DNA of 34,658 bases from Dirinaria sp. TL-2023a (taxonomy: Eukaryota), in NCBI GenBank assembly GCA_051941275.1, contig JAVEBF010000070.1, forward strand, positions 1 to 34,658, read 5' to 3'. Below, in pieces: positions 11,880 through 21,789 of this stretch (positions are counted from its first letter, which is position 1; each line of letters opens with the position of its first letter). Position numbers and translations under genes: made by a program. The notes beneath the pieces are model-generated. The model was not told where the DNA came from and made no database searches. It saw only the letters and a program-made list of their open reading frames with translations.

Positions 11880-13524
11880 GGTAGAGAGTGAAAAAGAACA
11901 AAGAAAGGAAGGTGAAAGAAGGCAAGATCAACAGCTTTGGCACTAGAATTCTCGGCGCTGACTAGGCGGCAGAAGATTCCATGAGACTCCGCAGATCGAG
12001 GTGGATCAAGTGGAAGGAACTTCCGCCATGTTCTGTCGAGCCACTAGCCTTGCTTGACTAGATCAGGTGACTGACAGGCTCACTCAAGAAGACATTTAGA
12101 CATTAAGTATGAAGGATTTGGAGGCCTTGACCGCATTCTGTGAGTGCCTTTGAGCTGTATAGCGTGTACTTTATCACATAGAGAGACTCCTATTAAGCAT
12201 GATGTGGAAGACTAAACTTCTGCTCCTCAAGGACTTTTGATAGTAACGGCCAAACCATAGCTAATTTGAAAATGTATAAGGCCATTTCTCAATAGTATCT
12301 ACCACTCAGCTTCGAGAACAATGCTTCAGCTTGGATTAAACACTGATCAGAGCGGCCAAACACATTAAAAGGTACAACCATGAGCAAAACATTGTTCGAG
12401 CTGGATATGTGGCGATCAATGGTAACAATGACAAAGAGAGAAGGAAAGGACCATTATAAGGCACAGAGAATAGGCGCATGCAGTGATACTGTATTTAAAA
12501 ACCCTCGAATCATCACGCCTTCTTGATTAGGCTCTGAGCCAGTAATGCTCTGATAGACTAATAGCAGCACATAATCCAGATTGTAAAATAAGATTACTTC
12601 ATGTAGCACAACTGATAAGAATCTCTTACTTGAAAGAAAGATGAGTATATGGGTTCCTAGAGACCTCCTTATCCTTAGATCCTATCTGAAATACAAGACT
12701 TAGATGCTATGGGAAGGTGTCTCTCAACAAGCTCCAAGAGATTCAAAGCCACCAAATGAGCGCTAGAATACACAAAATAAACCTCATAAGCCTTTGGATT
12801 GAAAAAGAAAAAGATCAGGAAGTCGAGGAGCGATCATGATTTCAAATAGGCGCGAAAGTCAGGGATGTCTTGGCATGTGTTGCCTCCCCAGAGATGAAGC
12901 TCGAGATGATGAAACCTTCAGATCGTAGAACACCTCGTCCTAATCAATGGTCAATGCATACTGAGAGTGAAAAAAATGAAGTGATTGTCCTATGACGTAG
13001 ATCCAGTGATTCTCGATGAAGTCTAAATATTCATATTTTCCCTCGTGAAGATGCTGTGTGAGCAACATCCGGTTGAGGAAAGATACCTAATGCAGAGGTA
13101 TGGCAGCTTATGGACTATAAGAGTGAGGACGTCCCCGCGTTTGAGGTACTTCTTATTTTTGAAATTCGTAACCTCCCATCTTTGGAGCCAAGGCGGCTTG
13201 CACGCGGGACACTATATAGACCACTCTTCGTTAAGGATAGGGGAGAGTTGTAGACAACTGACTGCATCAGGTTTGCAAGTGGTTTTTTGTTGGACCCGCA
13301 CTATATTAACCCTACGATAAAGAGTAATCACATGAAATGGCGAGAAAGCGCAGGCGACTATCGATTGACATTGCGAACAATCTCCGCTGAGCCCAAGTAC
13401 ATTAACCTACATGTAGCTTTCCTCCTGCTTTTTCATGTACATATTTCGCCGCGCCCTTTCAGAGGCTAAGATAGCTTTACCGAGATGCAAGCAGGACACT
13501 CTTAACACTTAGTAGGACCCACTG

Positions 13525-14481
13525 CTATCCAGCGATACAGGTCCCATACCAGCCGCTGTTACTCCCATGGCTCTCAACATGATCCAAAAAAACACATTCC
13601 AGACACGCCATGTGCATCCCGTAGCAGTGATGATGTTGACGACACCGAAGATCTATACATGCTCGTGCTGGCGTATAAAAGGCTCCATAGTGGTGGTGTG
13701 AGCTCTGCACTGGACCCTGTATGCGAGGCTGCACAGGATGTGTTGTTGTGTTCTCCGAGGTGGGAGCGTTGGTAGCGGATGCTCGTTGCTCATCCTTGCC
13801 TTCGAGGTGGAAGGTAGACTTCGGATTCGGGGAAGCTTTTTATAATTACGGGCGTCAGTGAGTAGTACTACTGTTTGGCAAGGGAAGATATCTCCGAGAG
13901 TATTCGCGGCCACTATTAGAGCGACCTCGCTCGGTTACTGTAGAGATACGCTTACTGTTTAAGCTAGCAAGCGCAATACTCGTCCAGTTGTTGAAGCCAG
14001 GGGGCAAGAGATGCTCTCCAGGATTCGCTAGCTGTTCATGATCGGTGACATTGTGACCGTCTACCCCGTCAAAGACTTCTGTCAAATAATCGTTACGACC
14101 GAAACGATCAACCATCTGCTGAACTTCGCTCGCGTTGAGCTTCAGATAGTCAAGAACCGTTCCGTTAGGAGCGAACGATCGCAGGACACCGTCGTCGCCG
14201 AGATGCTTCATGCCGTGGTCGTGCTTGGTCATGGCCGCCATGAGCTCGAAAATAGTAGGGCCGTTCTGCGCATGACCGTTCCCGTTCTGTGGAAGGCTTG
14301 AGTTGGATTTCTCCTCAGAATCAGCGAGTTCAGAAAGGTCAGTCTCATTCTGAAAAGACCCTCTGTTGTCCTGCGAGAGTTTAGAGTGGAGCCTGCATCA
14401 AAGATTGTCACATACGGTCGGAAGCGCCATGATGACCGTAACAAAGATGCTGATCGCGAATACCCAAAGACGTACCACCAT
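13525..14481 (-). CDS. Secreted preproprotein (~263 aa, 3 exons) with a C-terminal six-cysteine module
   Basis: Exons 14481-14416, 14370-13956 and 13835-13525, with GT..AG introns of 45 and 120 nt, join in frame. The protein has a signal peptide (MVVRLWVFAISIFVTVIMALP), a middle HLGDDGVLRSF...VLDY region, and the C-terminus CIDLRCRQHHHCYGMHMACLEC-x18-CIAG*. Confidence 0.8.
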
Positions 14482-15404
14482 CTTGAAGTAAGATACCCTT
14501 TATTCAGACTTGTACTATGGGGTTCGATTCTTGGTATTGAGCTAGATGGTTGAAGTGGTCTGACATATGGGAACGAGCTTTAAATACCCTGCCCCGTCGA
14601 AGAGCTGGCAGTGACCTCGGCTCCTCATCATCCGTATTAGGAAATGAAGTATCAAGGGATGCTCTTTCATTTCGCATCTTCATGCTTGGCCGTAGTAGTT
14701 CTGTCAATTCCAGGAGCATTCATCACGCCATGTACACACAGCCGGCAGGCTATGCAAGCAGTACAGTTTCCTGATTTCCAAGTTTGCGCAAACGCGATGA
14801 TGGATGGTGTGAGCTGCTACCGCTCACATCTCTCGCCTAAGCTACCCTCCTTGTTCACGGAACTTGGTACTTGTAGCCTCGGGAGATGAGTCCAATCTTC
14901 CACACGCCTCTGATTCCATCATTGAATAATGCTCTATTTTCCGTTCCCACTTTACTACCTGTAAGAATCGGGTCATCTAAAGCATTCGTCGCTCTATGAC
15001 GTCACTAGTAAAGCTTCTATGAAAGAGAAAAAGGATATAAATAGATTAGAGGAATGAGGAAATGAATATGCCTAGTACGCGCCCAGGAAAGTCTTCTGAA
15101 CCTTGTGTGATCTTCTAGGAGTTCCTTTACTATGGATCCGGGGCATGAATCACGCCGGAAGGACTTTCTTCACGAACCCGGGTAGGTGTGATTTCTATAT
15201 TCTGAGCCAATGAGAAGGGAATTAAATATATAATCATTTCGTTGGCGGACGGAGCCCCAATACGGGAACAAAGAACATATTCGAACTCACATACATACAG
15301 AGAATTGAACGGATCCTTGTCTCAGATTGTACACCAGGAGTTCGGCTCATCCGCAATTGTTGACGGCAAATAACGATGGTCGCTTATTTGTAATGTCCTT
15401 CACG

Positions 15405-16631
15405 TTAAACCGTCACAGAGTTGTCGTCGATGGAAACGCCGAATAGGCCTTTCGCTGATTCATAACTGATCCCAACCGCTTCACTGGCATACACCCTCAT
15501 CTCCTCCTCATAAGCCGCGGTCGCGCCGTCATAGTACCCATCGGCCTCAGCCAGGAGTCTACCGAGCAGCGCCGAGTCTCTGACAGCCGTATTAGCGCCA
15601 ATACCAGCAGCAGGCGTCATTGAATGAGCGGCGTCTCCGATAACAGTCACGCGGGGTTCGTTTGGCCACTGCGGCACGCCGCTCGGAGTAGAACACGTGA
15701 TCTTCCAGAACGCCGCTTCGGATTCTGTCATCTCATCGAAAAGTGGCTTGAGCCGAGGATGCCAATCTGCAGTAAGGCCCTTGGCGATCTCAGCCGCTGG
15801 AGTTCCGGTTATGGTATAATTATCATTCGGAGCTCTGATAACGCCCGGTTGAGCCCCCATGGTCCACCCGAATTGCACATTGGGATCATCCATGTCACCT
15901 GGACGAACATTTGTAATCACAAAAACTTTTCCTTTAGGATTAGAGTCGTCTGCCAGTCGCCAAACACCTTCCCCGAGCCCTTTAAATGCAGTAGTGGGTG
16001 CTTGGCCGTGAATTCCTCTCGCGCCGGTATCGTAAGTCTTCAATTTTCCTCCTGAAACCTGTTTTGCAACTTTGGAATAGATGCCTTCGCCGCCAACCAA
16101 CATGTCGCCCTCGACTGATTTCGAGCCGTCCGCAAAGATCACGTGCACGCCAGTCGGCGTCACTTCGTAGCTTGTCACTTGATGAGACCAGTGAATGTAA
16201 GGCTCGCAGCCGGCCATGAAGACTTTACGCATGTCACCCCTCGATATCCCCACGATCTTGCCATCGCGGGAGGTGAGCGATTCAGCTGGGGCCTTCGCGT
16301 TCTCATCGTGTGCCACGTCGTGATCTTCCTGCTTCGGCTTCGCCAGGATCTTCAATCCCGTTTTTGGGTCGATAGCTGCAAATCCACCGCCTCCAGTCTT
16401 ACCACATTTAGCCCAAAACGTTTGGAAATCGTCAGGGCCGAGAGCGGATTCGATGGCGCTAATTCCCTCTTCGGAGAGACGTAACCGATAACCTTGTGCG
16501 CGGAAGGTGATGGACTGGTCTCGCTCAAAGACAAGAAAAGGAATGGAGGCGCGAAGAAGCGAGCGTGCCAACAAGAGGGAAGAGATACCAGCGCCAGCAA
16601 TAAGAATTGGTTTACGACTGCGTGATGCCAT
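15405..16631 (-). CDS. FAD-dependent monooxygenase (class A aromatic hydroxylase-like), ~408 aa, intronless
   Basis: N-terminal ILIAGAGISSL (GxGxxG variant), LVGGEGIYSKV (DG motif variant) and VTVIGDAAHSMTPAAGIGANTAVRD (GD motif). First ATG at 16631. Confidence 0.93.
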   Translation of the reverse strand: MASRSRKPILIAGAGISSLLLARSLLRASIPFLVFERDQSITFRAQGYRLRLSEEGISAIESALGPDDFQTFWAKCGKTGGGGFAAIDPKTGLKILAKPKQEDHDVAHDENAKAPAESLTSRDGKIVGISRGDMRKVFMAGCEPYIHWSHQVTSYEVTPTGVHVIFADGSKSVEGDMLVGGEGIYSKVAKQVSGGKLKTYDTGARGIHGQAPTTAFKGLGEGVWRLADDSNPKGKVFVITNVRPGDMDDPNVQFGWTMGAQPGVIRAPNDNYTITGTPAAEIAKGLTADWHPRLKPLFDEMTESEAAFWKITCSTPSGVPQWPNEPRVTVIGDAAHSMTPAAGIGANTAVRDSALLGRLLAEADGYYDGATAAYEEEMRVYASEAVGISYESAKGLFGVSIDDNSVTV

Positions 16632-16903
16632 AATGGTAGTGCTAAGGAACAAGACAAGCTGCGAAGTCAGTTATCACGGCAAGTCGATGATCTACTGCTT
16701 GAACATTCGCTCAGCAGCTGGACATATATACGATTTTTTTTCGCTCGAACCAAGCAGGCTTTGAGCTCTGCTTATAAATTGATTGGAGAGACGACTGAGG
16801 CGTATCAGTAAGGCGGAATCATTGCTTACAAAACCCAAGGCAACACCCAATAGATAGTTACCGCATGCGCCCTACCTTATGGGTGCGGGACGGATTATGA
16901 AAT

Positions 16904-16940
16904 TACTACTACTACTACTACCTTACCACTACTACTACTG
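16904..16940. repeat. Imperfect (CTA)n microsatellite
   Basis: TACTACTACTACTACTACCTTACCACTACTACTACT is directly visible. Confidence 0.85.
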
Positions 16941-17570
16941 CTTACAAAAACCCCGGGCCAACCTCGGTGACGGTGATACGTGCCTCCGGTCTTGGCGTCT
17001 CGAGGCCGTTGGGAACGCTTGGCACCTTTTCTCTGCTTCACGCTTGTTAGAGGAGCAATGTCAAACTTTGAACAGTGATGATAGAAGACGCAGTTCCTTG
17101 AATCATATCACTCTGATTGCATTTCCAATCTACAAACAAAGATCGCTAATGATATTTCGATACTTCGAAAGAACCTCTCTCAATTCCCATTACCGATTCA
17201 AGTGGAATTACCAATGCCCCGTCAGGAGGCTCAAGGCTTTGATTTGTACTTCATAAGATTGAGATCTATTTTCGCACGACTCCCGGGTAATGCTCCAGCT
17301 CCAGCTCCACACATGCAATGAGGCTAAACAGCGCAACCCCTGCCCCTTCTGTGAGAACTTGAATGACTCGTCTTCAGCCCAAAAGTTTAAGAGAAAAATT
17401 TGAATCTGGTTCTACGGGTAGTATGAAATAGTCGATGAGATTTGAAGGCAGAGCTCAAAACACCGCGATATTATCCATTTCCCCTTACCTCCATCAATGT
17501 TACCACTCCTGATTGACCGCAAGATGACGTTACTTGTCTGACCGAAACCAGCTAAGACCATTATTGCTTG

Positions 17571-18710
17571 TCACAAGCCTTCCTTGTCCATGGCTGATCG
17601 AAACCATCCGTCTTCATGCTCCAAATCCTTTCGAAATCCGGCCCTTAGTTTATTCCAGTCGCTTAGAGGCTCGTGCGCTACATAGTTCCACTCTTTCGGA
17701 ACCAAGGTTCTCATCTCTGGGCTCAGCCACAAGTCCATTTCCAGCTCTTTCACCAGACTAGTGGCCTGAAGAACTGTAAAACCTTTGGCTAGCAAGGGAA
17801 GAAAATGGCTTGCATGGTCCTGGGTGATGGACAGATGTTCCTCAACCATCCGCTGAACGTATCGCGGGTCCTCAGCGAACGACCACGTGATCTGTGTTCT
17901 CAGGCTGTCAATCTCGTGTTCCATGTGGTAATCCTTTTCAAAAGAGTTATGACAATGTCTGTCTTCGTCGATGTTGAGCTGGAACAAGTGGGAGGCAGCG
18001 ATGATGCCTATCCTCATCACCCAGCTCCAGGCTCGACCGTGGAATGTAGCGCCAAGGTCATGTAGAGCGTCCTTCACCGTAATCCCCCGGAAGTCAAAGA
18101 ACATCGCAACCCAAGCATGACAGAGTTCGTGGAGAAGGAGGCCCAGGAGGTCTTCCACGCGAGACTCGGGGCTCACATCGTGTTGGAACAGACCCCTTCG
18201 AAGGTAGATGCGCGCTGCATGGCATTGCTGATGCTCATCGCAGTAGTGGGTCACATCAGTTAGTCCGGCATCTCCCCCCGGCAGGCCGTCTGAGTAATAA
18301 ATAGCGCACCTTTCCAAGAGCTTACCATCAAACAGTAGGTCGTCGAAGCACGCAGCGTATTGCCTTGTGTCTCGAATATTGATGCCGTGACCCTTAAAAT
18401 TGCGAAGTACCTCTCCGTGAATCACCCGAAAGGCATCAATGGCTCTGTTCTGTCGCGGGCTGTATGATTTAGAGTTGAGGAATTGGAAGAGGCGCTGTTC
18501 TATTAATGACTCGAAACTGTGATCACGTGAAGGGCATTCCCGCTCACCAAGGTCGCAACGCATCAGGCACGGCAGGTCATCTACTAGCTGTTTGAAGCTG
18601 AGCCTGGTAGGAGTGATAATGAACTCCTCTTCCCCTGTTGACCGACAACAAGGCCACTCTCCGAGGATGTCAAGATGTTTGCCAATACGATTCATGTGAG
18701 AGATCTCCAT
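17571..18710 (-). CDS. SprT-like zinc metallopeptidase-motif protein
   Basis: Long intact ORF with LLHELCHAW (HExxH) followed ~25 aa later by HGRAWSWVM, matching the SprT-family HGxxW/F signature. The start is uncertain (18710 chosen; upstream ATG at 18828 possible). Confidence 0.7.
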   Translation of the reverse strand: MEISHMNRIGKHLDILGEWPCCRSTGEEEFIITPTRLSFKQLVDDLPCLMRCDLGERECPSRDHSFESLIEQRLFQFLNSKSYSPRQNRAIDAFRVIHGEVLRNFKGHGINIRDTRQYAACFDDLLFDGKLLERCAIYYSDGLPGGDAGLTDVTHYCDEHQQCHAARIYLRRGLFQHDVSPESRVEDLLGLLLHELCHAWVAMFFDFRGITVKDALHDLGATFHGRAWSWVMRIGIIAASHLFQLNIDEDRHCHNSFEKDYHMEHEIDSLRTQITWSFAEDPRYVQRMVEEHLSITQDHASHFLPLLAKGFTVLQATSLVKELEMDLWLSPEMRTLVPKEWNYVAHEPLSDWNKLRAGFRKDLEHEDGWFRSAMDKEGL

Positions 18711-19318
18711 CGTGGTAAAGCTGCGTTGAAAAGTTCTAGTTCGAAGCCGACTCACCAAGGAGAGAGAATGCCTCCCTTCTTGTACGACAGCTGAGGTTGG
18801 AACAATTGTAATGGAAGAGCGAACAATGAACACTGAGACTAACTTGATGACCTTCTTTGTTCACCAGTCATGTGTGGAATAAGAAATGAACTGACTCAAC
18901 GGAAACGCCACTAGAATCTTGCAGTTGCAACACGAGACTGCCGTTTCAGGCAAATTCATCACCAGCAGGCAATAACACCCTTCCTCAGGAAGCTGCGAAT
19001 GTTTCTTGTGTATCATTTGTCTTGTGCGGAGGGTTGCTGCGCAATCGGTATTCGGAGCAAAGCAAACAAGGAAACAGCCAACAAACTGGTCATGACAAAG
19101 GACACACATAGAAACAACACACCAAGTGGAGTCACTTAAATATTCGTTTTTGAAATTCCAGTGGCAAAATCCAATGCTCCAGAGAAATTTCGAGTAGCCT
19201 TCGTTGCTCGGCTATCATTCTCTCCTCAAGAATAATCCTGTAAAACCGGGACCGGGTGGCCCGGTAACCACCAAGAAAGTGGCAAGCATAAGTTGACGAA
19301 AACGGTTAGCTTCCGTTA

Positions 19319-19435
19319 GATGGCAGTCCTCGGAAACGGTAGTCCCCGGATAGGTAATAAGTGATGGATAATAGGTATAGGCAGTGGCCCGGATAGTAAG
19401 GATGGCAGTCCGCATAATGGCAGTCCGCGGATAGA
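19319..19435. repeat. Cluster of short GGCAGTCC/CGGATA direct repeats, possibly a DNA-transposon end relic
   Basis: ATGGCAGTCC occurs three times (~19320, ~19402, ~19417), with variants GGTAGTCCCCGGATA and GGCAGTGGCCCGGATA. Confidence 0.5.
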
Positions 19436-21360
19436 TAGACCGCAAGGCTCCGGGTAATAGTAATATCGGGTATATAGTAACCCACAAATGCTCGCTTTTC
19501 TGATAGATATTAGGCAATTAATCACACACATACAAACTGCCAAACATAGGTTGCAATTGACCTCATAAACACCTCCTAAATCTAACAGATGTTGATAATA
19601 AACAGTTTTTGTACGGCACACTTGTTACTTTGATATCAGAATATTGCCTACGTCAAAGCTAAAGCTCGACTCACATTACCTTCGTGCTTACCGTTTTGAT
19701 GGTAAGTGGCTTGTAGGGCCTTAGCCTAGAAGGCCGTTCTAGCTATCTTAAGGTCAACAGCGCTTCTAAAAGTATTCCACATGTTTAGTATCTCGTAGGT
19801 CTCACCTATTGTGTAGTCAACTGTCCACACGATGGTAGTCATCGTATATCAGAATCTCCCAGCTTTTTATGTTTAGTCATCCGCCACTTAATTTATTCAT
19901 GGATCTAACCACAAATTCGAGTGCTTCAAGCTGTGGAGATTGGAATAATAGTGATGGCAAGCCGTTGGCGTGACTAGTTTCTCATAAAGAATTGCCCAGA
20001 GCGCGGAACCTAAGGAATAGAACTCAAAAAGCGTACGCAGTAGTACAGTAGACAAGACGCATGATGGCTACGAGATATATACCTATGGCTGAAACGGAGG
20101 GATTGCATAGCCATTGCTTTCATAGCGTTGTAATAGAGGCCTGCCTACGCTTGAGTTCTCACGAAAAAGTGTGCGCTCCCTTGTGCACGGCGGCATGCAG
20201 TCAGTTCAGTCCAGTGATAGGAGCTTCGGGGTCTCCGAGGCGCACAAGCAAATTCCTATGGAAGCCTCGTCTTATTGTATCTAATTCATCGATCATGGAA
20301 GTCTTTGCAGTAGCTCAGCGCTTCAAAGATGCTTGCTTTGACTGGCGTGGAGGAAAATCCGGCAGTGAAGAATATTGTAGAGTAAGAATGACGAGGAGAT
20401 GATCAAGGATAGGAAGGTGTCAGGAAAGGTTACGAGAGCCCAGATCAGAGAGGTATGGGGAAAAGGAGGAGAAGGCTGATTTGGTATGGTGCGAGCTGCG
20501 ATGGAGGTGGGGACATGAAGCGGCGCGTGAATGATTCAATAAACACGATTCAAGGTGATGCAGTATCGAAGTTTCGCTTTCCTAAGGGCTTCCTCATAAT
20601 GCACGGACTCCTATCTCAGGTGCCTGGACTGGAGCTCAGGCGGAGCCATTTTGTGACATACTTGCAGCATCATCCTGTCCTTTCCTCCACAGAGAGAGTT
20701 TCAGTTTCAGCTTCACCAGGGTATTTCTTGCTCGCGAAGATCTTATCTTAGGCTAGGCTGATATCTCGTATGTACTTGGGCGGTAGAGCAAAGGATAAAA
20801 GTAATGTCGTCGAACTTCCAAAACCTGACCAACAGCGGCGCAGTACTGACCCTCAACTACCCTGCCTTAGCAATGTCTCTCACTCTTCAATGCTTCAGAG
20901 CTAGGGTTATGAAGCTAATTTACCTATTTCTGACGTGTTTCAGAATTTTTTCGATCGATCTACTTGACAACCGCGTTTCAATGGTGGGATTCTCCACCGC
21001 TTTCTCGTGAATAAGCTTCTTGCTTGACTTTGATACTCTGGCAGAGTAGAGTATTGAAATACATCGGCTTCGAGGCATTGTCCCGCTGACCGGCAAAAAT
21101 TTGTTGATTAAGCCAGAATAGATTCAGAGTGACGGAGGTAAGATCGACGCTGTATGCCCTGACGCTGCATACTGCAGGGTGGCGTACCAGCAGTCCGCGT
21201 TAGAGCTGACCGCCCAAGAGCTGAACTCAATTCACTTTGTTGCCATCCCATATGAAACCAATTGCTCTTTGCAAAGTCCTGATGTACAGGAGCTGTATCC
21301 CACGCTTCTTGGATCAATTAGGTAAGGTAAGATACCCATGTGCATGATGTACGCGCTAGC

Positions 21361-21378
21361 TGAGTCAGAGCTGAGTCA
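21361..21378. promoter_or_regulatory. Two tandem TGAGTCA bZIP (Gcn4/CpcA/AP-1-type) elements upstream of def1
   Basis: GCTGAGTCAGAGCTGAGTCAG lies ~420 bp upstream of the ATG. Confidence 0.45.
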
Positions 21379-21789
21379 GATTCAGGTTGAAACCAAGCGG
21401 GTCTTGGCAATGTCAGAAGAGACTAGCGTGGTTTGGCATGCTTGGCGTGAATTTTGGCGCTTGGGAGTTGCGAGTGTAAAGTGCGTGCGTTGCTTCGTTG
21501 CTTGACACTGCAGAGCCGCTTCATCACCCTCCATCCTCACTCTGCAATACTTCGACTACTACTACTCATGACGCCGACCTCTCTCCACCTTTGATATCCC
21601 AGCCCAGGCTTTGCTGTCTTTTCTTGGTCCGCTCGAAGTGACTTGGCCTTTCCCCTTACTCTATTGGATGCTTACTGCCTCCTGTCCGTAGCGACAAAAA
21701 GACTCCCCCGCCAGTCTGCACATTTCAGCAGGCTGTCCACTCCGCGTCCTCCTTCCATATTCACAATCACTGCATATCTATCCAACGGG

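Noticed and set aside
19600..21350. Short ORFs in the intergenic region
   Set aside because: No motifs or coherent splice structure were found.
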